Origin: Polyangiaceae bacterium
GTDB lineage: Bacteria; Myxococcota_A; Polyangia; Polyangiales; Polyangiaceae
Assembly: GCA_050287085.1 (NCBI GenBank)
Contig: JBNKBE010000004.1
Location: forward strand, 128,288-192,287
Reading direction: 5' to 3'
DNA length: 64,000 nt
The notes beneath the pieces are model-generated. The model made no database searches, had not been told where the DNA came from, and saw nothing but the letters and a program-made list of their open reading frames with translations. How positions within the stretch are numbered: the stretch's first letter is position 1; each line of letters opens with the position of its first letter. The position numbers and the translations under genes were made by a program. Positions 10,450 to 19,813 of the stretch are shown here, piece by piece.

Positions 10450-11850
10450 ATGAAGAAATGGGCGTGCTGGCTGCTGGCGGCCGCGTTCGTGGCCTCACCG
10501 GCCATGGCCAAGGTCAAACGCAAGCGTGCTCCGGCGCCCTCAGAGTCGGCGGGCAAGCCGCCCTCCGAGCCGCGTCCACGCCCCTCCGCCGCCCCTCCGC
10601 CGGCGTCACCACCCGTTCCGAGTGCTCGAGACGAGGAGGCGTCCGCGCCTTCACCGAGCGTCGTAGCGGAGCCCTCGCCGCCGCCGGTTCTGCCGCCGCC
10701 GCTTTCGGTGCCTTCCCCGAGCGTCGTAGCGGAGCCCTCGCCGCCGGTTCTGCCGCCGCCGCTTTCTGATAAGCCGTCACCACCAGCAGCGTCTGCCCAA
10801 GTGTCTTTGGGAACCCACGCGCCGGACAGTGGTGAATCACCGCAAGCGCAGGAGGTGAAGCCGCGCGTGCCGTGGCGCGGAACAGCGCTGCAGATGACGC
10901 AGGGGATGACCACCAGCCTGCTCGGAGTGGGGGGGCGCTATCAAAGCAGTGCGTACCGGCAGCTCGAGCAGACCTATGCGCTACTCCTGAACTACTACGT
11001 CGTTGACCGTCCGGAGTTCAAGGTTCGCGTCGCCACGAGGCCTTCGGTATCGCTGGAGTTGACCAATAGCGATACGACGACCCGACAACACGAGCCCGTC
11101 TTCAACAACCTCCCCGTTACGGCCGTGGGCCTGTGGACCTTGCATCAAGACGAGCAGGCGCAGGTCCAGTCGATCCTGCTTGGTAACTTCACGGCCACCC
11201 TTCCGACGTCGAAATTCTCTCCGGGCGAAATCGTGGGGCTGTCTCCTCGGTTGACCTTCATGCAGGCGCTGCCCCTGGCGGGCCGAGATGCGCCCGTGTT
11301 TAGCTCCATCCTGCTCGGAGTCGGCGGGCGCTACGATGGTCTGATCTCCAAGGCGACGGTGCAGACCTCCGACGCCGTCGCGCGTATTCCTCGTCAGACC
11401 GGTACGGGGGGGATCTCCCAGGTCGGCTCCGACGTGTTGACGGGCGCGCGCGTAGCACCCCATGCTTTTCAAGCTTCGGCCTTTGCGTTCTTTTCCGAGG
11501 AGGCCTTTGGCACGCCGCTCTTCTTCACCCTCGCCGCCTTCTACCGCAGTGCATTGTTATACGACGCTGCCGGCTCTCGCTACGCTCTGCCAACCGGCCC
11601 GGTCGAGGTGCCATCGACGGGTCGAGGTGCGCGGCAAACGGCGGGAGTGGACGTCAGCCTAGTGGTAGTCCCGATGACGGAGCTCGCTTTTGTCCTGGGT
11701 TACCAGAACGCCGCTGACCTGAGGGGACCGAGTCCCAATCCGCTGTATGCACCCACCGCGCAGTTTCAGGCGGGGTTGTCGGTGAATCTGGATGCCATCT
11801 ACGAGGGCGCCACGGGCCCTCGTCGCACGGTGCCTTTTGTTCTATTCTGA
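10450..11850 (+). CDS. Secreted/outer-membrane hypothetical protein with Pro-rich N-terminus
   Basis: Signal peptide MKKWACWLLAAAFVASPAMA, Pro-rich linker, beta-strand-rich body ending in Phe. Confidence 0.7.
   Translation: MKKWACWLLAAAFVASPAMAKVKRKRAPAPSESAGKPPSEPRPRPSAAPPPASPPVPSARDEEASAPSPSVVAEPSPPPVLPPPLSVPSPSVVAEPSPPVLPPPLSDKPSPPAASAQVSLGTHAPDSGESPQAQEVKPRVPWRGTALQMTQGMTTSLLGVGGRYQSSAYRQLEQTYALLLNYYVVDRPEFKVRVATRPSVSLELTNSDTTTRQHEPVFNNLPVTAVGLWTLHQDEQAQVQSILLGNFTATLPTSKFSPGEIVGLSPRLTFMQALPLAGRDAPVFSSILLGVGGRYDGLISKATVQTSDAVARIPRQTGTGGISQVGSDVLTGARVAPHAFQASAFAFFSEEAFGTPLFFTLAAFYRSALLYDAAGSRYALPTGPVEVPSTGRGARQTAGVDVSLVVVPMTELAFVLGYQNAADLRGPSPNPLYAPTAQFQAGLSVNLDAIYEGATGPRRTVPFVLF
10648..10767 (+). 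repeat. ~60-bp intragenic tandem duplication
   Basis: PSPSVVAEPSPP(P)VLPPPLS occurs twice, near-identical at DNA level. Confidence 0.85.
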
Positions 11851-11855
11851 GGCGA

Positions 11856-12770
11856 CTATCGCGTGTTGTCGGGAGGCGGCGTCGCCGACTCGCCGCCCAT
11901 AATTCGCGTATTGGGCGGCACGGAGCTCAGCAGCCAGGCGTTGGCGCCGATGACGGAGCCCGCGCCGATCACGGTATTGCCGCCCAGTATCTTCGCTCCC
12001 GCGTAGATCGTGACGTCGTCTTCGATGGTGGGATGCCGCTTTTCGCTGCCACAGGGCGTTGAACGCGGAGTGCGGCGCACGCTGAGGGCGCCGAGCGTAA
12101 CGTCTTGGTAGAGCTTGACGTTGTTGCCTATCACGGCCGTCTCCCCGATCACCACCCCTGTGCCGTGGTCGATGAAGAAGCGCTCGCCGATGCTGGCTCC
12201 TGGGTGAATGTCGATTCCGGTGTCGGAGTGTGCGTTCTCCGCCAGGATGCGCGGGATCATCGGGACGCGGCTCTTGAACAGTATGTGCGCTACGCGATGG
12301 GCTGTGATCGCTCGAAGCCCCGGCACACTGAAGATGACTTCCTCGATGCTCTGTACGGCTGGATCCCCGTCGAAAGCAGCTTGAACGTCGCCGCTCAGGG
12401 TTTGGCGTAGGGCGGGTAATTGATTGAATAGATCGATCACGACCTGTTCGCACCAGCCGTCAGCGCAGGGGGGCATCCGACCTCGCTGTTGCTGATAGGT
12501 GATCGCTCGACGGATCTGCTCGACGAGGATCTCGTAAGCCGGGTAGAGCATCTCGCTGATCGAGTAGCGGAGGTTGTCTCGATCCAACTGGCGCGTAGCG
12601 TAGTAGCCCATGAGCAGCGCTGGTACGAGGTGATGATACGCTTCCAGTACCTGGCGCCGGTTCGGCAGACTGGCGCTTTCGAGATTGTTGATTTCGTTGT
12701 CGGAGTCGTAACTCGCCACCAAGGCGTCGATGGCCGTCTCGAGATCTTTGCTGCGCAGCGGGCGGTACAT
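11856..12770 (-). CDS. cysE: Serine O-acetyltransferase (long EpsC-like form)
   Basis: AAFDGDPA, GIDIHPGA, FFIDHGTGVVIGET, KRHPTIEDDV hexapeptide repeats. Confidence 0.92.
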   Translation of the reverse strand: MYRPLRSKDLETAIDALVASYDSDNEINNLESASLPNRRQVLEAYHHLVPALLMGYYATRQLDRDNLRYSISEMLYPAYEILVEQIRRAITYQQQRGRMPPCADGWCEQVVIDLFNQLPALRQTLSGDVQAAFDGDPAVQSIEEVIFSVPGLRAITAHRVAHILFKSRVPMIPRILAENAHSDTGIDIHPGASIGERFFIDHGTGVVIGETAVIGNNVKLYQDVTLGALSVRRTPRSTPCGSEKRHPTIEDDVTIYAGAKILGGNTVIGAGSVIGANAWLLSSVPPNTRIMGGESATPPPDNTR

Positions 12771-12887
12771 GGCGGTGGCTCTAGCACATCACTCGGCAGC
12801 TCGGCAGGCGTGCGACCGGACAAACCCGTGCGCTAGGACATTGCGTGTCCACAAATTGGGGTCGATAACTGGACAAGGTTTCAGTGG

Positions 12888-13247
12888 TTGGATAGTACTG
12901 AACGCATGATCGGACACAGCGAGTCGGCTCGGGTACTTATGGCGGCCTTCCTGCTCCTTCGAGAGGGGCAACCGCTTAATCTATTTACAATTTGTGGGGA
13001 GGCGGACATGGACGCCTACCGCGCCTTGCGGGCGCTTTCGCGACTTCACCAGCTGGGCCTCATGGACCGACGAACCCTCGGTCCAACCCTGGCGGGAGTG
13101 GCTGTGGCCGCGGGGTTGTGCGCGGAGCTAGAGGTGGAGCCTAGGCTCCGGCGGGCAACAGACCCATGGCCCCGCGGGTTTGCGTCTAGGAGAGCGGGGG
13201 CTGAGTGCCTACAGCGGAGGGCAAACGGCGGCGCGGACGCCGCCTGA
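12888..13247 (+). CDS. Small hypothetical protein, possible winged HTH
   Basis: RALSRLHQLGLMDRRTLGPTLAGVAVA resembles a MarR-type recognition helix and wing; start uncertain. Confidence 0.45.
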   Translation: MDSTERMIGHSESARVLMAAFLLLREGQPLNLFTICGEADMDAYRALRALSRLHQLGLMDRRTLGPTLAGVAVAAGLCAELEVEPRLRRATDPWPRGFASRRAGAECLQRRANGGADAA

Positions 13248-13284
13248 GGGCGGGCCTCTAGGAAGGAGAGCTGTGTGTCTAGAG

Positions 13285-13803
13285 CTAGGCGCTGGGGCGG
13301 CCTCGCCACTCGGCGATGGCCGCTTCGACGTCTCGCGCCTGAATCGTCTTTCTGCCGTCCTGCGCGGCGAGCCGCAGGGCGGTGGTGCTCACCGAACGCA
13401 GAAGGTCCGAGAGGAGGGGCAATACCGTGTCGCTGGTGTTCATACCGGATTGCTCCCGGACGAACGCCTTGAGCTTGGACGCGACCACCAGGATCTCCTT
13501 CGAGGTCGGTGGTGCATCCACCGTGCTGCCGAGAACACGCCGCCGCGGTGGGGAGCTCGTGGCCGCCAGGGAGTCGGCGTTCTCCGCCGCCTTCTCGGCG
13601 GCGCGGGCCGCTTCCTGCGAAGGGGCCTTGTCCTCTTCCGCCCACGCATCTCGGTGCCGCATCATGGGCAAATGAGCTTCGAAACAGCTCACGCTGCAGA
13701 ACAGCATCGGGTTGCGCTTGCTTTGGCAGGTCGAGACGCTGCAGGTGTAGTACTTTTGCTCAAAGCCGATGGGCTTCTTGCAGATATTGCAGAGCTTCCA
13801 CAC
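13285..13803 (-). CDS. Zinc-finger + bacterial histone-fold protein (ZZ-type histone-like)
   Basis: N-terminal CNIC..CSVSTC..CSVSCFEAH; C-terminal EILVVASKLKAFV..MNTS..DGRKTIQARD resembling Bdellovibrio Bd0055; GGAGG SD before GTG. Confidence 0.85.
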   Translation of the reverse strand: MWKLCNICKKPIGFEQKYYTCSVSTCQSKRNPMLFCSVSCFEAHLPMMRHRDAWAEEDKAPSQEAARAAEKAAENADSLAATSSPPRRRVLGSTVDAPPTSKEILVVASKLKAFVREQSGMNTSDTVLPLLSDLLRSVSTTALRLAAQDGRKTIQARDVEAAIAEWRGRPSA

Positions 13804-13929
13804 GGTGACCTCCCTATCAGAAGGTCACCGGGACGAAAAGCCGATTGCTGCAGGGGATCGTGGCCCAACGTCGCAATTTTTCGAGAGGCGGGGTTGACTG
13901 CTCGGAAATGATGCCAAGGTTGCGCCGCG

Positions 13930-15840
13930 ATGAGCGACAGCAAGGTCCATAACTTTCAAGCCGAGGTCTCCCAGGTCCTCAAGTTGGTCGTCAACTCGCT
14001 GTACAGCCACAAGGAGATCTTTCTCCGCGAGCTGTTGTCGAACGCTTCCGACGCCCTGGACAAACTCCGCTTTCGGGCGTTGAGCGAGCCGGAGCTGCTC
14101 GAGGGAGAAACCGAGTACCACATCCGAATCATCCCCGATGTCGAGAACAACACGGTGACGATCTCGGACAACGGAATCGGCATGACCGAAGCGGAGTTGG
14201 TCGACAATCTCGGGACGATCGCCCGCTCCGGGACCCGCGAGTTTCTGGAGAAGCTGCAGGCTGCGCAAGCGCAGAAGGACGTCCAGCTGATCGGTCAGTT
14301 CGGTGTAGGCTTCTACAGCTCGTTCCTCGTGGCGGATCGGGTGGACGTTGTGACGCGGGCCGCGGGGCAGACGCAGGCTTTCAAGTGGTCAAGCGACGCC
14401 AAGGAATCCTACACGGTGGAGCCCGCGGAGCGCGCTGGGCATGGCACGGACGTGGTTCTACACCTAGCCGACGACCAGAAGGAATACGCACAAGGCTATC
14501 GCCTGCGACACCTGATCAGCCAGTACAGCGACTATATCGAGCATCCGATCGAGATGCCCAAGGTGAAGCTCTCGTCCGAGGAAGATGAGGAGAAGAAAGA
14601 CGACGAGCCCACAGCGCCCGAGTTCGAGCGGGTCAACCAAGCGGGGGCCTTGTGGCAGAAAAGCGACAAGGACGTTGCCAAGGAGCAATACGAGGAGTTC
14701 TACAAGCACTTGAGCCACGACTGGGAGGCGCCGATGGCCTATCGGCACTTCAAAGTCGAAGGCACTCAGATGTTTGCCGGGCTCGTATTCCTTCCCAAGC
14801 GTCCTCCCTTCGACCTGTTCGATAGCAATGCCACGCATGGGGTACGACTGCATGTCAAGCGGGTCTTCGTGATGGACAATTGCGAGGAGCTGCTGCCCAA
14901 GTACCTGCGTTTCGTGCGCGGCTTGGTGGACTCTGAAGATCTGCCGCTGAATGTGTCGCGCGAGCTCCTGCAGGACAGTCGAGCAATCCGAATCATCAAG
15001 AAGCAGGTGGTCAATCACGCCCTATCGATGATCGAGGAGGTCGCGAGCGAGCGTGCCGAGGACTATGAGACCTTCTGGCGGTCGTTTGGCGCCGTTCTGA
15101 AAGAAGGCTTGCACTACGGAGCTGATGATAAGGAGCGGCTTGCGAAGTTGGTGCGCTACGAGTCGTCGACGACGGAGGGATTGACCTCGCTTTCCGACTA
15201 CGTTGGGCGCATGAAAGAGGGGCAGACGTCGATCTTCTACGCGGTCGGTCCCGACCGCCGTCTGCTCGAAAACAGCCCGCACTTGGAGCGCCTGCGCAAG
15301 CGTGGCTTCGAGGTCTTGTTCATGACCGATCCGGTCGACTCTTTTGCGGTCGCAGGTATCGGCGAGTTCGAGGGCAAGACCCTCGTCAGCGCAATGGACG
15401 ACAAGCTCGACCTCGGCGACGACGGCTCCGAGGAGGAGAAAGCGCAGCGCGAGACGGATAAGAAGGACGCCGAGTCGCTGCTCGGACGTTTTAAGTCCGT
15501 TTTGGAGAACAAGGTCTCCGAGGTCCGGGCTTCGGAGCGGCTGACGGATTCGCCGGTATGCCTGGTGATTCCCGAGGGAGGTGTTGCGCCCCACATCGAG
15601 CGCCTGATGCGGGCGCACAATCAGGCACTGCCGGCAACCAAGCGCATTCTCGAGGTCAATCCTTCCCATCCGGTCATCGCCAAGCTGAAGCGGGCGCACG
15701 AAACGGATCCGGAGAGCCCTGCGGTGGCAGACCGGATCGGGTTGCTCTACGACCAAGCCCTGATCGCTGAGGGCAGCCCGGTTGAAGATCCCGCTGAGTT
15801 TTCCAAGCGTCTGAGCCGGCTCATGCAGGCGGAACTCTGA
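13930..15840 (+). CDS. htpG: Chaperone Hsp90
   Basis: YSHKEIFLRELLSNASDA, IGQFGVGFYS, DSEDLPLNVSRE, LEVNPSHP. Confidence 0.98.
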   Translation: MSDSKVHNFQAEVSQVLKLVVNSLYSHKEIFLRELLSNASDALDKLRFRALSEPELLEGETEYHIRIIPDVENNTVTISDNGIGMTEAELVDNLGTIARSGTREFLEKLQAAQAQKDVQLIGQFGVGFYSSFLVADRVDVVTRAAGQTQAFKWSSDAKESYTVEPAERAGHGTDVVLHLADDQKEYAQGYRLRHLISQYSDYIEHPIEMPKVKLSSEEDEEKKDDEPTAPEFERVNQAGALWQKSDKDVAKEQYEEFYKHLSHDWEAPMAYRHFKVEGTQMFAGLVFLPKRPPFDLFDSNATHGVRLHVKRVFVMDNCEELLPKYLRFVRGLVDSEDLPLNVSRELLQDSRAIRIIKKQVVNHALSMIEEVASERAEDYETFWRSFGAVLKEGLHYGADDKERLAKLVRYESSTTEGLTSLSDYVGRMKEGQTSIFYAVGPDRRLLENSPHLERLRKRGFEVLFMTDPVDSFAVAGIGEFEGKTLVSAMDDKLDLGDDGSEEEKAQRETDKKDAESLLGRFKSVLENKVSEVRASERLTDSPVCLVIPEGGVAPHIERLMRAHNQALPATKRILEVNPSHPVIAKLKRAHETDPESPAVADRIGLLYDQALIAEGSPVEDPAEFSKRLSRLMQAEL

Positions 15841-16082
15841 GTACCGCTCGGCTCCGGTCACTGGTCGCGGCTCCGCGAATGGGGCGGGGCGCCCCTTCCA
15901 TCGAGTAGGGGCTTCACTACAGTGTCGGCGTAGGGTGCGTCTGGCCCGCCGGCTACCGTCGCTTGTTTTCGCTGTCGGCTCGGTCGCTGTGTGTCGCCTC
16001 GGCGCGGGGTGTTACATTGCGCTGTGCGACGGGAGCTGGTGGCCGCAGGTGGTGACGGCCCCGGACCGAAGGGTGGCAAGCG

Positions 16083-16889
16083 ATGAGACAGACCAACGCT
16101 GGGGTGGGGCTCCGTAGGGAGTTGGTATCAACTCGAGAACGCCTTGGCCCTTGTGTCTCGGGGGTGGGGCCGTGGCTATCGCGGACGACGCTTAGGCGGC
16201 CCTGGCGCGCGCTGGTTGTCGTCTTCCTCGCTTGGGGATTGTACGGCTGCGACGGGGCTGAAAGGCGTTCTCGGGCGGGCCAGGGTACGGCGCATGGTGA
16301 GTTCAAGTTGGAAGGAAGCGCGAGCGCGACGCCGAGTCGAGCTTCCTTGCCCCCAACCCGAGGGCGAGGGGGCTTGGGTCCCGGCGCCAGCGGGGAGCTG
16401 GCGGCTTCAGTCGCGCCGGCAGGCGGCGAGTCCGGGGGGGTACAAGGGGGCTTGCGGGGCGCTACCTCAGCTCTGGAGCGGGTGGAGGGGCAGGCTCTGG
16501 CTCCCACAAAGGGCGCAGGGGCACCCGCGAATGCCGTTATGAGTGAACTCGGCCTGGCCGAGCTGACGCTCCGGCGCTTGGTTGCGGCGTCCGCCGTCGA
16601 AAGCCGAGAGCCAGTTGTCCCGGACGGACCTTTCGAGCCAGGCCAGTCGGTGGTCGCGTTTGTGGAAGTCGTCAGCGGGCCGGGCCAGCCGCACCCGATG
16701 CGTGTGGTCTTTGAGCAGACCCCTGGGCGTGAGGTCGCTGAGCTCACCCTCGAGGTTCCCGGCGCCCGTCCACGCTGGCGGACCTGGGGGCGAACGCGAC
16801 GCGTGGATCGCGCGGGCCGCTGGCGCGTGCGGGTCCTTACCCAAGGCGGGCGCGAGCTCGGTCAAGTCGAGTTTTCCGTCGAAGAGTGA
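16083..16889 (+). CDS. Exported protein with C-terminal DUF2914-like Ig-fold domain
   Basis: Hydrophobic segment plus YGC, then VESREPV...RWRTW...GRWRVRV..GGRELG pattern; start uncertain. Confidence 0.65.
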   Translation: MRQTNAGVGLRRELVSTRERLGPCVSGVGPWLSRTTLRRPWRALVVVFLAWGLYGCDGAERRSRAGQGTAHGEFKLEGSASATPSRASLPPTRGRGGLGPGASGELAASVAPAGGESGGVQGGLRGATSALERVEGQALAPTKGAGAPANAVMSELGLAELTLRRLVAASAVESREPVVPDGPFEPGQSVVAFVEVVSGPGQPHPMRVVFEQTPGREVAELTLEVPGARPRWRTWGRTRRVDRAGRWRVRVLTQGGRELGQVEFSVEE

Positions 16890-17177
16890 GCGCACGCGGC
16901 CCGACGTTTGGGGCGTGCAGATCGGCTCAAGGTCGAGCGCCTGGGGAACGCTATTGGCCGCCTCGCGCGGGGGGGATCGCAGCGTGCCGTGGGAAGGTGG
17001 GCGGCGGTAGGGGCTAGCACAGCAATTGTGTAGCAAGGGTGAAACCCAGATCTCCGTCGCGCGACTGGGGTGCGAGCGCGGATTACAATCGACGCGTGGC
17101 CCTCGACCGTGTAGACGGCCCTGAACTAGACTTTGCGAGCCCTTGTGGGGACACCGCTCGCTCTGATGAAGGACTTG

Positions 17178-19664
17178 ATGATGAACGACAGATTTAGACT
17201 GCTGCTGCTGCCGTTGCTTTGGCTGAGCGCCGCGGCGCTCGCGTTCGGCTGTAGCACGGACGCAAAGAAGGCTGACGGCGACGGCCCAGGCTGCCCGAGC
17301 GAGTACAGCTTGTGCTCGACGCCGACTCAGGACCAATGCGTCAACTTGCAGCTCGACGCCAAGAACTGCGGCAGCTGTGGTCAGCAGTGTGGTGCGGGCC
17401 AAGTCTGTAGTGCTGGTCAGTGCGCGTGTCCGGTGGGCAAAGAGCTCTGTGGAGATACGTGTGTTGACATTGCAATAGATCCGAACAACTGCGGCGTCTG
17501 CGGAAAGTCCTGCGCAGCGGAGGGTGCCAGCTTCTGCTCTTCGGGCGCGTGCACCAACGAATGTGGAGCGCCCAACAGCATTTGCGCCAGCGGGGCTACG
17601 GCGTTGTGCGTCGACCTGCAATCGAGCGTCGACAACTGTGGCGGCTGCGGAAAGACCTGCGGCGGCGCCCAGAGCTGTAGTGCGGGTAGCTGCGCGTGCG
17701 CCGACGGATCACCGGCGTGTGGTGCTGAGTGCTGCGGCGCTGGGCAAGAGTGCAACGCCGCGGGTACGGCCTGTGTGGCGGTCAGCGCAAACGGTGGCGC
17801 TGGCGGCGGCGGCGGCGGCAACGGCGGCGGCGGGATGTCCAACGGCGGAATGTCCAACGGCGGAGCCGCTCCAAAGCCCGTGGACGACCGCGAATGCCCT
17901 GCGGCCAGCGACGGCGTGATCGTCGACTTCGAAGAAGGCTCAGCGGCGGTGTTGCCGCTCGAAGGTCGCCAAGGCGCCTTCGAACCCTACGGCGATCCGG
18001 ATGGCACCTTTTCCGTCGCTGAGATCGAAGAAGAGGGCGCTGAAGCCTGCAATAAGGGGGTTTTTCACGCCGCGGGCTCGGGGTTCAGCACCTACGTGGG
18101 CGTGGGTACGACCTTTGCCTCCTCCGGGGTGGTGGACGAGGAATACGTACCCGTTCAATACGACGCGAAGTCCCGGGGCTACGTGGGGGTTGCCTTCCGC
18201 GCCAAGGCCGGGCCGCAACAACAAGGCCCGGTTCGTATCAGCTTGTCCATTCCTTCATCCGAGGGTGAGCCTCACGGGGACGGCACCTGCGGGACGGACG
18301 AGGGCGAGCAATGCTGGAACCACTTGGGGCATTTTCTCATCGACGACGAGGCTCTCGGCTCCGAGTGGAAAGACTACACCTTGTGTTTCGATGATCTGCA
18401 CACGATGTGGGTGCCCGGTACCGTGCAGCCACCCGCGCGCGCCAAGCTGCCGGAGCAACTGCTGAAGTTCCAGGTGCAGTTCAACCAGGGTTTTGATCCA
18501 GCGACCACGAAGCAATACCCGTATTCCCAGTCTTTCGACTTCTACATCGACGACATCAGCTTCGTCAAAGACGGCTGCCCAAGGCCGTCACCCTTCGAGT
18601 CGTCACCGAATACCACACAGCCTTTCGGCAGCAATATGCCGGTGGGTACGTGCATGCCGGTGCCCAATGCGGCCGTTCATAACACGGAGATTGCCCAGGC
18701 CTACCTCCGCTGGAAGAGCACTTTTGTGGGCGCAGATGGCACCGTTTTCGACCCTGAGCAGGGCAACCGCGTCATCTCCGAAGGCATCGGCTACGGCATG
18801 TTGTTGTCCGCCGCGATGGGTGACAAGGAGCTTTTCGACCGGATCTGGGGTTGGGCGGAAGGCAAGATGGGGGGCGGCTTGCTCGGTTGGGACAATGGCA
18901 ACTCGGGCTCAGGCTCCGCTACCGACGCTGACACCGACATGGCGTACGCCTTGTACATGGCCGATCACCAGTGGGGGGGCTACGCGGCCGCAGCCGCTGA
19001 CCTTGCGACCAAGGCGGCCGCAGCAGATCTCGATGGCACCAACCTGAAGGCGGGTAGCCAATTCAACGCGGGCAACCCAAGTTACTTCTCTCCCGGCTTC
19101 TACCGCAAGCTCGGTGGCGCGTGGGCGTCGGTGGTGGGCCCGGGTTATCAGTGGATGGATTCCTGCGACAGCAGCTTTGGCGGGGGTCAGAACGGCATCA
19201 TCTCCGACTGGTGTGACTTCGGTGGCAACGCCGTGTCATCATCCTCCACCGGGGCCAACGTCACGAGCGAGACCTGTCCCAATAGCGGCGAGGCATGCTC
19301 CGCCTACGACGCCTCGCGGATCCCTTGGCGGGTGGGTTATGACCTCTGCTTCAACGCCCAAGGAGCAGCGCTGGCCGCGCGCATGGTGCAAACCTATCAG
19401 GACCGTTTTCAACGCTTGGACTTGGCTCAGGCGGGGATCAGTCCCAGTGGTAGCCCCTACGAGGATCTCCAGGGAAGCGAGATGGCTGTGATCGGATCTC
19501 TGGCGGTAGCCGCTTGGGCCACCAACAACGTCGCTGCTCGTGATGTAGCGTTCTACGCAACGCTCGATATCTTGCAGCGCCCTGAGTACTACAAGACCTA
19601 TTACTCCACCACTCTGGGATTGTTGACGATGACCTTGATGACGGGCAACTGGCCCGCGCCTTAG
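17178..19664 (+). CDS. Modular lipoprotein: Cys-rich repeats, CBM-like domain, GH8 glycoside hydrolase
   Basis: FGC lipobox; D..NCGxCG repeats; Gly linker; FYIDDISF beta-sandwich end; GH8 motifs ISEGIGYGML, SATDADTDMAYAL, NPSYF, YDASRIPWRVG. Confidence 0.85.
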   Translation: MMNDRFRLLLLPLLWLSAAALAFGCSTDAKKADGDGPGCPSEYSLCSTPTQDQCVNLQLDAKNCGSCGQQCGAGQVCSAGQCACPVGKELCGDTCVDIAIDPNNCGVCGKSCAAEGASFCSSGACTNECGAPNSICASGATALCVDLQSSVDNCGGCGKTCGGAQSCSAGSCACADGSPACGAECCGAGQECNAAGTACVAVSANGGAGGGGGGNGGGGMSNGGMSNGGAAPKPVDDRECPAASDGVIVDFEEGSAAVLPLEGRQGAFEPYGDPDGTFSVAEIEEEGAEACNKGVFHAAGSGFSTYVGVGTTFASSGVVDEEYVPVQYDAKSRGYVGVAFRAKAGPQQQGPVRISLSIPSSEGEPHGDGTCGTDEGEQCWNHLGHFLIDDEALGSEWKDYTLCFDDLHTMWVPGTVQPPARAKLPEQLLKFQVQFNQGFDPATTKQYPYSQSFDFYIDDISFVKDGCPRPSPFESSPNTTQPFGSNMPVGTCMPVPNAAVHNTEIAQAYLRWKSTFVGADGTVFDPEQGNRVISEGIGYGMLLSAAMGDKELFDRIWGWAEGKMGGGLLGWDNGNSGSGSATDADTDMAYALYMADHQWGGYAAAAADLATKAAAADLDGTNLKAGSQFNAGNPSYFSPGFYRKLGGAWASVVGPGYQWMDSCDSSFGGGQNGIISDWCDFGGNAVSSSSTGANVTSETCPNSGEACSAYDASRIPWRVGYDLCFNAQGAALAARMVQTYQDRFQRLDLAQAGISPSGSPYEDLQGSEMAVIGSLAVAAWATNNVAARDVAFYATLDILQRPEYYKTYYSTTLGLLTMTLMTGNWPAP

Positions 19665-19727
19665 GTTCTCGTAGCTAGATAGGAGAGCCATGCTCCCCAT
19701 GCGGGAGCGCGGCTCTTGACCCTTTGG

Positions 19728-19757
19728 CGCCCCGCTGGCTCTTCCGTCAGCGGGGCG
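19728..19757. terminator. Hairpin between convergent genes
   Basis: cgccccgctg-N10-cagcggggcg perfect 10-bp stem. Confidence 0.6.
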
Positions 19758-19813
19758 TTGGCGCGTGCGCCGTTTCGTGCGCTAGGAGCGAGTGATGCGC
19801 TGAGCCTGCCGCT

